From: Octopus vulgaris
Lineage: Eukaryota
DNA: 64,000 bases
Direction of reading: 5' to 3'
Assembly (NCBI GenBank): GCA_951406725.2
Contig: OX597822.1
Span: forward strand, 71,610,001 to 71,674,000
The position numbers and the translations under genes are program-made. This document shows positions 52,664 to 64,000 of the stretch, piece after piece (position 1 is the first letter of the stretch; each line of letters starts with the position of its first letter). Under the pieces are notes generated by a model, which searched no databases, was not told the origin of the DNA, and saw only the letters and a list, made by a program, of their open reading frames with translations.

Positions 52664-54357
52664 CATATACATAGAAGCAGATGTCTATGTGTATATATAT
52701 ATATATAATACATGTATATATATGTGTGCATATGTATATGTGTGTGTGTGTGTGTATCTGTATAACATATATATATATATATAAACATACGCATTTATAC
52801 ACACTCATATAGAAAACACAAAAAGATAACAATGGAACTGAATGAAAAAAATATAGTCTATATTTATCAATATTTTTTCTTTTTGTGACTACCTGTCTCT
52901 ACATCATGATAAAAAGATGTATACAGATACACAAAGAATAGATAGAAGAGGAAATATACAGTAGAAGTTATGGTTTCCTATTGAATTGTCTATAACTGCA
53001 TATCTTTATCTTTATGTAAAGAACAAGTTCTCAAAAATTTGATAAATGTATTTTTTTTCTTTTACACTCAACCCAGAAACATTGTTAATATTTTTCTGCA
53101 GTTTATATGAGTTTCTTCAGTAATATTTAAGTTGGGTACATTTGGGGGAAATAAAATGTTTTAGATTTTAAGATATATATATTATAAGTTTAGAAAAATA
53201 ATATTTTCTATCAGACATAAATATCACAAACTCTTTAATGAACATAATGTTAAAGTTAGATATAGTTGCATGGAAAATATTGCAACTGAAATATCCCACA
53301 GAAACTAATGTTAAGACACTAGGAGTACATCAAATCAAACATAAAAATACATGGGTAGCAACCTCAGATCTCTCTTACTCTATAGCAAGTGCCACTGAAA
53401 GACTCCAGAGTTAAGCTTTATAACAAACTAGCTTAGGGTGACCTGCTCAATGTGCAGGTAAGAGTGTGGTTGTTACTTTCTGTTGCTTCCTTTCTGTTTT
53501 TTATCACCACATTCTCCCTCTTTGTTTCTCTCTCACTTTCCCACTCTCTTACTCTTCCTTTCTCTCGGACTCTCCCTCACTTTCGCCTACTCTCTATCTT
53601 TCTCTATCTATCTCTCTCCCATGTATAAACAACAAAAGATCTTGAGTAAGTTGAGAAAGTAAAATATTTTGAAAGATCAATCATAAATATCAGGCAGTGA
53701 CAACGGAAAGGTCTGCTTCAAGGCAGACAGCAAAACACTAACATTTAAAAGGGACAGACGAACTTGCAAGCTGAATAAAAATAAAAAATATTGGAAACCA
53801 AAGTTTGAAGGGATAGAATCTGAGGATTGTAAAATCACCATGGCTGGCATTTCTTAACGACGGACAGCAACGTAAAATTTTGAACTTGATGTAAAAGAAA
53901 ATTCCTGAACACCAATTTTGAAGTGATTCTTTCTCACGACAGTAGACTCACCAGTGGTTTCTGGGTTATTTCTCTTCATCAACACAGAATAACAGTTTGG
54001 CTAGAGATCGCGCCAACAAACTCTTGTTCAAAATATATATCTTTCCATGTGAAACACAGTTACTGATCTAATATATAAAAAATTACTATTTCTAACTCTG
54101 AACAAGAGACATTCAGTAACAGTTCCCTAGAGTAAAGATTATTCGCCAACATCCTATTCCTATATTCTGTTGCTGGGTCCCTCTTTAAAGTGTGAACAAG
54201 GTTTTCCACATACTATTCTGGAAGTAGTAATTACCATCAACCTTAAAAACTAATTTTATAGGTTTCAGCAAGGTGGAGCCAAAATTAGCTTTGATGGGAT
54301 TTGAACTCAGTATGTGAAGATATTTTGTACAATGGTTAACTGAAACTCATCCTACAT

Positions 54358-54746
54358 ATTCTTTTACTTGTTTCAGTCATTTGACTGTGGCCATGCTGGA
54401 GCACCACCTTTAGTCAAACAAACTGACCCCAGGACTTATTCTTCGTAAGCCTAGTGCTTCTTCTATCGATCTCTTTTTTTTAACTGCTAAGTTATGAGAA
54501 CGTAAGCATGCTAACATCGGTTGTCAAGCGATGGTGGGGGAACAAACACAGACACACAAACATATAAACATATATATATATACGATGGACTTCTTTCAGT
54601 TTCCATCTACCAAATCCACTCACAAGGCTTTGGTTGGCCCAAGGCTATAGCAGAAGACACTTGCCCAGGTTGCCATGCAGTGGGACTGAACCCGGAACCA
54701 TCTGGTTGGGAAGCAAACTTCTTACCACACAGCCACACCTGTCCCT
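54358..54746 (-). mobile_element. SINE family A
   Basis: Homology to the other copies. Confidence 0.8.
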
Positions 54747-55184
54747 ATGTATGTGAAGATATTTTGTACAATGATCATACACTCACACACACACACAAAA
54801 TAGTTTTTGCACAAATTTCTAGATGTTCACTGCTTGGAACATTTCCAGAAAATTAATCTCTGATTTGTTTCTGTTTATGTATTCTAACTCAATGCTTTAA
54901 TTTTGATTCCATTTGGTCATTATAATGCTCATTATTTTCTGGACATCTGATGTAGTAAATGAGAAGTAATCAACTATCTCCTCTTCCACTACAATTACTG
55001 GTTTTGTACCAACATTCCAAAGCATTATTAGGTGGTAAGTTGAGTTCAAATGCTGCCAAGCTTGACTTTGCTTTTCTGTTTGATAAAATAAATTAAAACT
55101 GAATTACAGGGGTTGATGGAACCAATATATCACCTCTCCATAAAATTGCTAGCTTTATATCAAAATTTGGGACAATTCTTCTTC

Positions 55185-55215
<31 letters not shown>

Positions 55216-55241
55216 CATTATTATTATTATTATTATTATCA

Positions 55242-55321
<80 letters not shown>

Positions 55322-55872
55322 GAGTGAGAGAGCAGTGCATGCCATCAAAGTGACACTGGGGTAAAATATACGAAGCCCAGTATACCCATCATGATTACCC
55401 GTCTGATAAGGGTACACTAGGCACATGCATCACAACCATATGTGCGTGACATAGTGATCTCATATGAAGATAAATAGCACATGACCTTGCCGGTAGGGCC
55501 CAGTTAGAATTTTCATCTGGTCAAGTAACACATCCTGCTCAAAAGGTCCCGGAATAAAGGTTGTTTAAGTATGTTGAACGAAATACCCAGGTTTCCAGAT
55601 GTGAATTGGAAACCCCAAAGAATCCCTCTCAACACATGGCTATGATGCTCCCCCACTACTTCTGCTCATGATCAGAGATGCACATATCGTCAGCCACTAA
55701 GGGACATGCTCAACTGGTTAAGGTCAAATAACTGACAAGCAAATCTGTGGTATTGAACAGAATATTCGCTGTAGCCATCTTTTATATCAAGACAAAACAA
55801 TGTACATGATAACACTTCCAATCAGTTAAGATCAGAAGCCATGAAAGCTACTGCCCGGTACTGCATCAGGGC
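55322..55872 (-). mobile_element. ~550-bp (TAA)n-associated element, copy 3
   Basis: Colinear with 1539-2091; (TTA)n at about 55185-55321 and 55875-55897. Confidence 0.8.
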
Positions 55873-56198
55873 ATTTATTATTATCATTATCATTATTAAA
55901 CACACCAGCATCGGTTGTCAAGCGATGTTGGGGGGACAAACACAGATACACAACATATACATACACATGCATATATATACATATATACAATGGGCTTCTT
56001 TCAGTTTCCGTCTACCAAATCCACTCACAAGGCTTTGGTCGGCCTGAGTCTATAGTAGAAGACATTTGCCTAAGGTACCATGCAGTGAGACTGAACACGG
56101 AACCATGTGGTTGGTAAGCAACCTACTTACCACACAGCCACTACTGCGCATATTATTATTATCATCATCATCATTATTATTATTATTATTATTATTAT

Positions 56199-56294
<96 letters not shown>

Positions 56295-57467
56295 CAATAG
56301 TGGTGGTAGAAGTTGTGACAGTAATAACTAATTTTCTCAGATAGACACTATTCACTGTCTCTTGTAGTGTAAGATGCAAATTAGTTTTTATCTTGATATA
56401 CATATAAATAGCTTTAACGAATATCCACAATATCTGTCTGTGCATTGATATGGTGTTATATAGCACTACATTTATCTACCTAGATGTCTAGATGTTAATG
56501 TGACAATATCAATACATTTAACCATGTGTGATCTATGGGAATTGATGTTGTTTCTCATTTTTTGTCTGCATATGCGAGATGATAAATTAGTCATTTGAAA
56601 AAAATTAGTGAAAATACATACATTTCCTTGCTGTATTAATTATTCTGCTCCCTTTCTTATGTAATTTGATAAAAATTTGAAACAGCTATCCTTCAGTAAA
56701 ATACTCCTCAGAAATAAATGCTCACATGATAGCTTTCTTACAAAGGGGTCTAATGCTCTTAGCTTAGATATTTTTGGGTGGGGGGCAACCCAATCAAACC
56801 GTCTCAAGTGTAACTGCCCGAAATGGTTGTGACTTCTGGAATTTGACTGGGGAAAGAAAGCCATGAATAACCCGTCCTTTTTGCCTATCCTTCTAATTGT
56901 TGTTTCTCTTCTCCGCCTTTGTATCGTCAATCTGTCCGAACGTTTTAATGTCCTCTATTGTGTTTTTCTTCCATTTTTATAGCCTGGTGCAGCCATTAGG
57001 CTCGCCAGTCCTCAGTCAAATCGTCCAACCCATGCCAGCATCGAAAGCGGACGTTAAATGATGATGATAATGATGATATATATATATATATATGGGCACA
57101 GGTATGAGTGTGTGGTTAAGAAACTTGCTTTGCAACTATGTGGCTTCAGGTTCAAGCCCCACTATGTAACACCTTGGCCAAGTATCTTCTCTTATAGCCC
57201 TGTATCAACGAATGACTAGTGAGTGAATTTAGTTGGAAGAAACTGTGTAGAAGCCCATTATATATATGTATGTATGTATGTATGTGTGCGATGGCTTTTG
57301 GTATACAGTGTCAATTTTTACAATTCTGTAAATAATAATAATAATATTTTTATAAGCTTAAATCTTATAAGTGATCATAATGTAATGACTAAAAAATATT
57401 AGACTATTTTCTTTAGTCATTGCACGATGATTGCTTATAAGCTTAAGCTCATACAAATATTGCTATA

Positions 57468-57652
57468 GGCATAGAAGTGGCTGTGTGGTAAGTAGCGTGC
57501 TTATGAAACACATGGTTCCGGGTTCAGTCCCACTGCATGGCACCTTGGACAAGTGTCTTCTACTATACCCTCAGGCCGACCAAAGCCTTGTGAGTGGATT
57601 TAGTAGATAGAAACTGAAAGAAGTCTGTCGTATATATATATATATGTGTATG

Positions 57653-57684
<32 letters not shown>

Positions 57685-57892
57685 GGATTGTGTGTCTGTG
57701 TTTGTCCCCCCAACATCACTTGACAACCGATGCTGGTGTGTTTACGTCCCTGTAACTTAGCGGTTCAATAAAAGAGACCGATAGAATAAGTACTAGGCTT
57801 ACAAAGAATAAGTCCTGGGGTTGATTTGCTAGACTAAAGGCAGTTCTCCAGCATGGCTGCAGTCAATTGACTGAAACATCTAAAAGAGTAAA
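57468..57892 (+). mobile_element. SINE family A, full length
   Basis: Homology to the other copies. Confidence 0.85.
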
Positions 57893-58464
57893 TATATATA
57901 TATATATATATATGTATATATCATCATCATTATCATCATCATCATCATTGTTGTTGTCATTATCATCATCATGTAATATCTGTTTTCTATGCTGAAATGG
58001 GTTGGACAGTTTGACCAGAGCTGGTCAATTGAAGGGCTGCCCAGGCTTCATGTCTGTTTTGGCATTATTTCTATGGCTGGATGCCCTTCCTAATGCCAAC
58101 CACTTTTCAGAGTGTACTAGGTGCTTTTGATGTGGCAGCATCACCAGTGCTTTATACATGGCACCAGCACAGATGCTTTTGTGTGCTACCATCATGGGTA
58201 CTTTTTTGCATGGCACCAGCATGGATGCTTTTTACATGGCACCAGCTGTGTCAGTGCTTGACTACCCACTGCTTGACAACTGGTGTTGGTTTGTTTATGT
58301 CCACCATAACTTTGTAGTTTGGCATAGGAGACTGATAGAATATGTACCGGACATAAAATCTGAAGTTCTGGGGTTGATTTTTTTGGCTAAACCCTTCAAG
58401 GCAATCTCCCAGCACAACCACAGTTCAGCAAATGAAACAAGATAACAGGGGAAAAAAGTAACAG

Positions 58465-58664
58465 GCTCAAAAATTTGGGGGAGTGGGGGTGGGGCTGTCA
58501 ATTAGATCAATCTCAGTACACAACTGGTACTTAATTTATCAATCCTGAAAGGATGAAAGGCAAAGTTGACCTTGGCGGAATTTGAACTCAGAACGTAATG
58601 ACAGACAAAATACCGCTAAGCATTTTGCCAAGCATGCTAACGTTTTTGCCTGCTCCCCACCTTA
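58465..58664 (-). mobile_element. SINE family B
   Basis: ctggtacttaatttatcaatcctgaaaggatgaaaggcaaagttgacc...gaatttgaactcagaac. Confidence 0.75.
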
Positions 58665-59224
58665 TAAGCAGCATTGTATTGAATGCAATATGGATTTGGT
58701 AGAAATTCCAAAGCCTCCAGGATATGTTGCCATCTTCATCAATGCTGTCATTACCATCATCATTGTCATTACCATGATCACACACACATACATATATATT
58801 CTTGTCTACATATACATATATGTACTTATCCACTTACATACAGATCATTGTTATTATGTTAAACACATGTATGACCAAATATGGCCAAATGCATTTTTTT
58901 TCAATATTTAATTTTGCTTGCAATAGCCAGTTCTTTTGGTCAAACTATCATATCTTTAGCTGCCTCAGATGAAAATTGTCAAATTGTAGTACAACGGTTT
59001 AGCATTTTTCAAAAGTGTAGTAAGCCCCACATACAACAACTTTGCAAAAATATTTCTGACTGGAAACATCATGCAAGGAGTTAGGATTTGCTGCACCCAA
59101 CAAAGTATTATTGTTAAGCTGGAACTGTTGCTAATGTAAAAAGAAATGGAATGGTGACAGTATTTTTTGTTTTCTGAAAAATCAACATTTTGGACTTACG
59201 ACACTTTTGCATAATAGCAACAAT

Positions 59225-59288
59225 ATATTTTTATCCACATACATATATATATCCTTATCTACATACATATACACATTCTTATCAACAT

Positions 59289-59348
<60 letters not shown>

Positions 59349-59615
59349 CTTTTATCTACATACACATATATATTCTTATCTACATACACATTTATATTTT
59401 TATCTGGAAACACATGTATATTCATATCTACATACACACATATATCCTTTTCCACATACATATATATATTTTTATCCATATGCACACATATATTCTTATC
59501 TACATACACATATATTCTTATCCACATACATGTATATATTCTTATCTACAGGCACAAATATATTTTTATCTGTATACACATATATATTCTTATCTACAAA
59601 CACATATATGTATAT
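59225..59615. repeat. Degenerate ~24-bp minisatellite (atattcttatctacatacacatat)
   Basis: tatc(t/c)acatacacatat recurs with ~24-bp period. Confidence 0.75.
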
Positions 59616-60857
59616 ATCCTCTCAAAAATGGATGTCACTACTGTTTTTAGAGAGAGACTCAGCAGATAGTCATGGGGTCCACCTTGGTTCTCAAAGCTTT
59701 CAGCTAATGTACAAGCTGACCCCAGACTCTTATGGGCCCAGAGTAGATGAATTGTTTGCTTGAAAATAAAATTCTCTCAGTAAAATATAGATGAGTGTTG
59801 GTTATTTTGATAAATGCTGTGAATGGTTGTTTGGGCTTGGCTTGATTCCCAGATGGCAATATTTTGTCATAGATGTCGAGAATCTATGACATAAATTTCC
59901 TTAATAGCTTTCCATTTGATTTTCATTTTACATTTTTTAAATATTTTTTTTTTTTTGTGGCTGAGTGGTTAAGAAGCTTGCTTTGCAACCATGTGGTTTG
60001 AGTTCAGTCCTGGTTTTTGGAACCTTGGGTGAGTGCCTTTTGTTGTAGCCCCAGGCTGACCAATGCTTTTTTAGTGAATTTGGTAGACAGAAGCAGTATG
60101 GATGCCCATCAAATATGTGTGTCTGTGTGTGTGTGTGTGTGTTTCTTTGTGTTTGTTTTTGTGCTTGTTTTTGTCTACTGCTACTGCTTTACAACTGGTG
60201 TTAGTTTGTTTACATCCCTGTAAGTTAACATTTCAGCAAAACACAGCAATAGAATATATACCAGACTAAAAAAATATAAGTTTTATTCAACTAAACCCTT
60301 CAAGGCAATGCCCCAGCATGGCCACAGTTCAATGACAGAAACAAAAGATCTCAGGTGAAACATAACTACATCATAACCATCATCATTTAACCTCCATTTT
60401 CCATAGTGGTATGGGTTGGACAGTTTGACCAGAGTTGGCAGGCCAGAGAGCTGCACCAGGTTCCAATCTGATTTGGCTTTGTTTCTATATGTGGCACCAG
60501 CACAAGTGCTTTTGTGTGGCACTGGCACAAATCTTTTCTATATGGTGCCAACACAAGACTTGTATGCCAATTCTCTTCACCAGGGGATACAGCCTCAATG
60601 CTCTACTGAAGCGGATGGGTTTTCTTGGGTAAAGCTAGGTGCCAGGTTCTTAAAGTCTCTGCATGACTTCTAGGTTAATATCCATTAATAGTTCTTAACA
60701 GAACTTTATGTCAAATAAGATGCTTTTTGTATATCCAGTAATTATAGTTACACCAAGCTACTTCACTAATCAGATTTTCACATAAACAACTCACAATTAA
60801 AAGTCTGACAAATTTCATAATTGCTAGGTCTGATGACATCTCATAGTAACCTTATAT

Positions 60858-61265
60858 CATCATCATTTAACATCCATTTCCCATGCTGGCATGGGTTGAA
60901 TGGCTTGACCAGAACTGGCTGCACCAGGTTCCAATCAGATTTGACTTAGTTTCTACAGTTGCATGCTCTTCCTAATGCCAACCACTTCACAGGGTGTGCA
61001 GGGTGCTTTTAACATAGCACTGACATGAGTGCTTTTTACATGACACAGGCACAGGGCTCTTGCAGGCCAATTCTCTTGATCAGGGGTAATGGCCTTAACA
61101 CTTCTGCTGTGAAGGACAGGTCCTTTTGAGGTGCTAGATATCTCAGTCCTTTGTCATCTTCTCTGACAAGTTCAGTGTCCTGAGGCCATCTTTCAGTAGT
61201 TTGTCCCATGTCTTCTTGGGTTACCCTCTTGTGTAAGTTCCATCCACTCTGAGTGATCAGCACAT
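60858..61265 (-). mobile_element. RTE LINE ORF end and 3' UTR
   Basis: G*PKKTWDKLLKDGLRTLNLSEKMTKD* followed by the ggcattaggaagagcatgc...gcatgggaaatggatgttaaatgatg tail. Confidence 0.65.
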
Positions 61266-62044
61266 AATATAATCAAAATTGCATCTCAACAATTAAGGTT
61301 TTCTCTGTTGATTACCTACAAATGAAAAACATATTAGTACTGAGCTTTTTACACCCGTGGGAACTCCAGGTAACTGCTCAGGGTGTCCATATCTTAAGAT
61401 GGCCCCATTCACCACATTACTCCCCCAGCATCACTCCTTCACTTCAATACTATCTTCATTTAGTATATTACAGCCTAAGCAACAGCATCACTTTATATTT
61501 TTCCTTACTCTCTTACAAAGAGTAAGAACCTAAAATGCTAAATACTTCACTTTTTATACCAATTACTATTTTCCAAACTCATCTAAAAATCTCACTAATT
61601 GCACAGTCTATATTGAAAAATTAAAATCTAATTAGACAGCCTCTGTTAAAAGATATTGTCAGTTTGATGAATGAAAATGGGTATTGGTAACTGCGAAAAG
61701 TTGTATTAATTAATTGAAATGACAAAAACAATCCATGAAAATCTTCTCATCGTTCTGAGTAATGAGTTTCCGTGTCATTTACCCTGGCTTTATTTCTTCT
61801 TGTTTCCATTTTATTTTACTTTCTAATAACATGATGAAGACCTTACAAGTGACATAATCATGTCTTTCTTATTCAAGACATGAAGGCAGGGACGCAGCAG
61901 AAGCTTTTGGGTATAGACAGTGCAAAGTATGATTGAGTGGTTAATGTCTAATAGAACAAAATAAGAATATATAGTTTATACATGAAAATGCGTATATATG
62001 CACATATATATTATAAATAACATTTAATATAAAATTAATGTACT

Positions 62045-62179
62045 GGCTTCCCAACCACATGGTTCCACGTTCAGTCCCACTGCATGTCACCTTAGGCAAG
62101 TGTCTTCCAATTTAGCTTTGGGCTGACCAAAGCCTTGTGAGTGGTAAATGGAAATTGAAAGAAGCCCATCATATATATT

Positions 62180-62213
<34 letters not shown>

Positions 62214-62221
62214 TGTATGTG

Positions 62222-62299
<78 letters not shown>

Positions 62300-62545
62300 C
62301 ATACATATGTGTATAAATTTATGTGTGTGTCTTTGTGTCTGTGTTTGTCCCCACCACCACCACTTGATGTTGCTTTGTTTACATCCTCGTAACTTAGCTG
62401 TTCAGGAAAAGAGAACGATAGAATAAGTACTAGGCTTATAAAGAATAAGTTCTGGGGTCAATTTATTTCACTAAAAAAACCCCTTTAAGGCAGTACTCCA
62501 GCATGGTCACAACCAAATGACTGAAACAAGTTAAAGAATAAAGTA
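62045..62545 (+). mobile_element. SINE family A
   Basis: Homology to the other copies. Confidence 0.75.
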
Positions 62546-62557
62546 ATATTTATTTAT

Positions 62558-62655
62558 TTATTACCTCTGCCTTAACGAAGGCGGAGGAATTGTTTTCAGT
62601 CATGTTTGTTTGTTTGTTTGTTTGTCCATGGATAGGATATCTCAAGAACCGCTGC
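62558..62655 (+). mobile_element. Helentron/DINE-like (HINE) terminal fragment
   Basis: ttattacctctgcctt aacg aaggcggagg hairpin followed by (GTTT)n, a typical HINE layout. Confidence 0.5.
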
Positions 62656-62691
62656 CCAACCTATATGAGTATGGAAGAGCGGACATTAAAT

Positions 62692-63038
62692 GAGGATGAT
62701 GATAATAATGATGATGACAATGATGTTGACGATGATGATGGTAATGATGTTGATGATGATGATAATGACAACGACGACGACCACGATGATGACAATGATG
62801 ATGATGATGATGATAAGAACAATGGCAATGATAATGACAATGATGATTATGACGATGATGATGACGACGATGATGGTAATGATGATGATGATAATGATGA
62901 CGATGATGATAATGATAATGATGATGATGATGATGATAACGATGACAATGATGACGATGACAATGACAGTAACAACAACAATGATGATGATGTTGACAGC
63001 AATGATGACGACAACGATGACGTTGACAACAACGATGA
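62692..63038. repeat. Degenerate (GAT/GAC/AAT)n field
   Basis: Direct reading; gives the poly-Asp ORF. Confidence 0.9.
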
Positions 63039-63158
63039 TATTACTTACATTATTTACATTATTTACTTTTGACGGATATTTGTCCTCATCTTCTTTGTTG
63101 TTTATACCCTCCGGCCTTCATCAGGTGAATTGGGGAAATTTCAAAACCTGGATTGTGA

Positions 63159-63236
<78 letters not shown>

Positions 63237-63256
63237 TAATAATAATAATAATAATA

Positions 63257-64000
63257 AGATATCTTTGGCAAGATATCCTTGCCAAAGCTCAAAGGATCCA
63301 CCGGTACGAGAAACGCCAACGCTTCTTTGAACAGAACAAAAAGTTCAACTCCAACCCCAAAAAGTTCTACCAAGAACTGGGAAAAAATAAAATAGAAGTC
63401 ACTGCAGCACCAACGGCAGAAGAATTGGAAGAATTCTGAAGAGAAATATGGTCGGCGAACGAACAGCCAAAAAAAAGGAGTATCAAAATAACAAACTCGG
63501 CATCTGAACAACTTTGGACCTCCATAACAACCGAAGAGGTCACCCAGGCACTGCAAAAACGAAGCAACTGGAAGGCACCTGGGCATGACAAGATCCCCAA
63601 CTTCTGGTTGAAATATCTAACAGGAATGCACAAAAAGCTGGCTGAAAACTTTAACAGCATACTAGCAGAGCCAGAGACAATGCCTGAATGGCTCACGAAG
63701 GGGAAAACCATCTTAATTCCCAAATCAAATGAAACAGCAAAACCAGAAAACTACAGACTAATAACCTGCCTCCCTACTATGTTCAAGGCATTTACTGCAG
63801 TGATATCGCAAAGGCTGAACAAGCACCTGGACGAAAACAAACTGTTCCCAGAAGAGCAGAAAGGATGCCGCAAAGGCTCATATGGCTGTAAAGATCAACT
63901 AATGATTAATAAAGCCGTAACTGAAGACAGCCACAGAAAGAAGAAAGGCCTCAGTATGGCCTGGATTGACTACAAAAAGGCGTTTGATAGCATCCCCCAC
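63257..64000 (+). mobile_element. Dong/R4-clade LINE, 5'-truncated, N-terminal RT region, running off the window
   Basis: LAKAQRIHRYEKR...NWKAPGHDKIPNFWLK...WLTKGKTILIPK...NYRLITCLPTMFK...EEQKGCRKGSYGCKDQLMIN...AWIDYKKAFDSIPH; one stop near 63439; preceded by (AAT)n. Confidence 0.92.

Noticed and set aside
62590-63163. Asp-rich ORF resembling an acidic biomineral protein
   Set aside because: (GAT)n tail of an RTE UTR remnant, flanked by transposon pieces

Overview
AT-rich, microsatellite-saturated eukaryotic DNA, intergenic or deep intronic, with no confidently identifiable host exon. The repeat families resemble those of a coleoid cephalopod, most likely Octopus (inference, not database-checked). 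Nearly all listed ORFs are read-throughs of simple repeats or SINEs. Real coding remnants are all transposon-derived: Dong/R4-clade LINE fragments in (TAA)n tracts, RTE and CR1-like LINE fragments, a full-length degenerate maT (DD37D) element, an internally deleted Tc1, a Helitron Rep N-terminus and a Penelope ORF end. There are many tRNA-derived SINEs (including a MetaSINE-like family) and MITEs (piggyBac-, Merlin- and Tc1-like). The most notable signal is at RNA level: about seven sequence-distinct minimal type I hammerhead ribozyme motifs in Penelope-like remnants, several in fold-back inverted pairs beside (TA)n tracts. One family carries a tRNA-like head, an (AAT)n tract, a B-box-like motif and a hammerhead. 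A defined ~550-bp non-coding element that sits in (TAA)n tracts is also present. Coordinates were read by eye; element ends may be off by a few bases.
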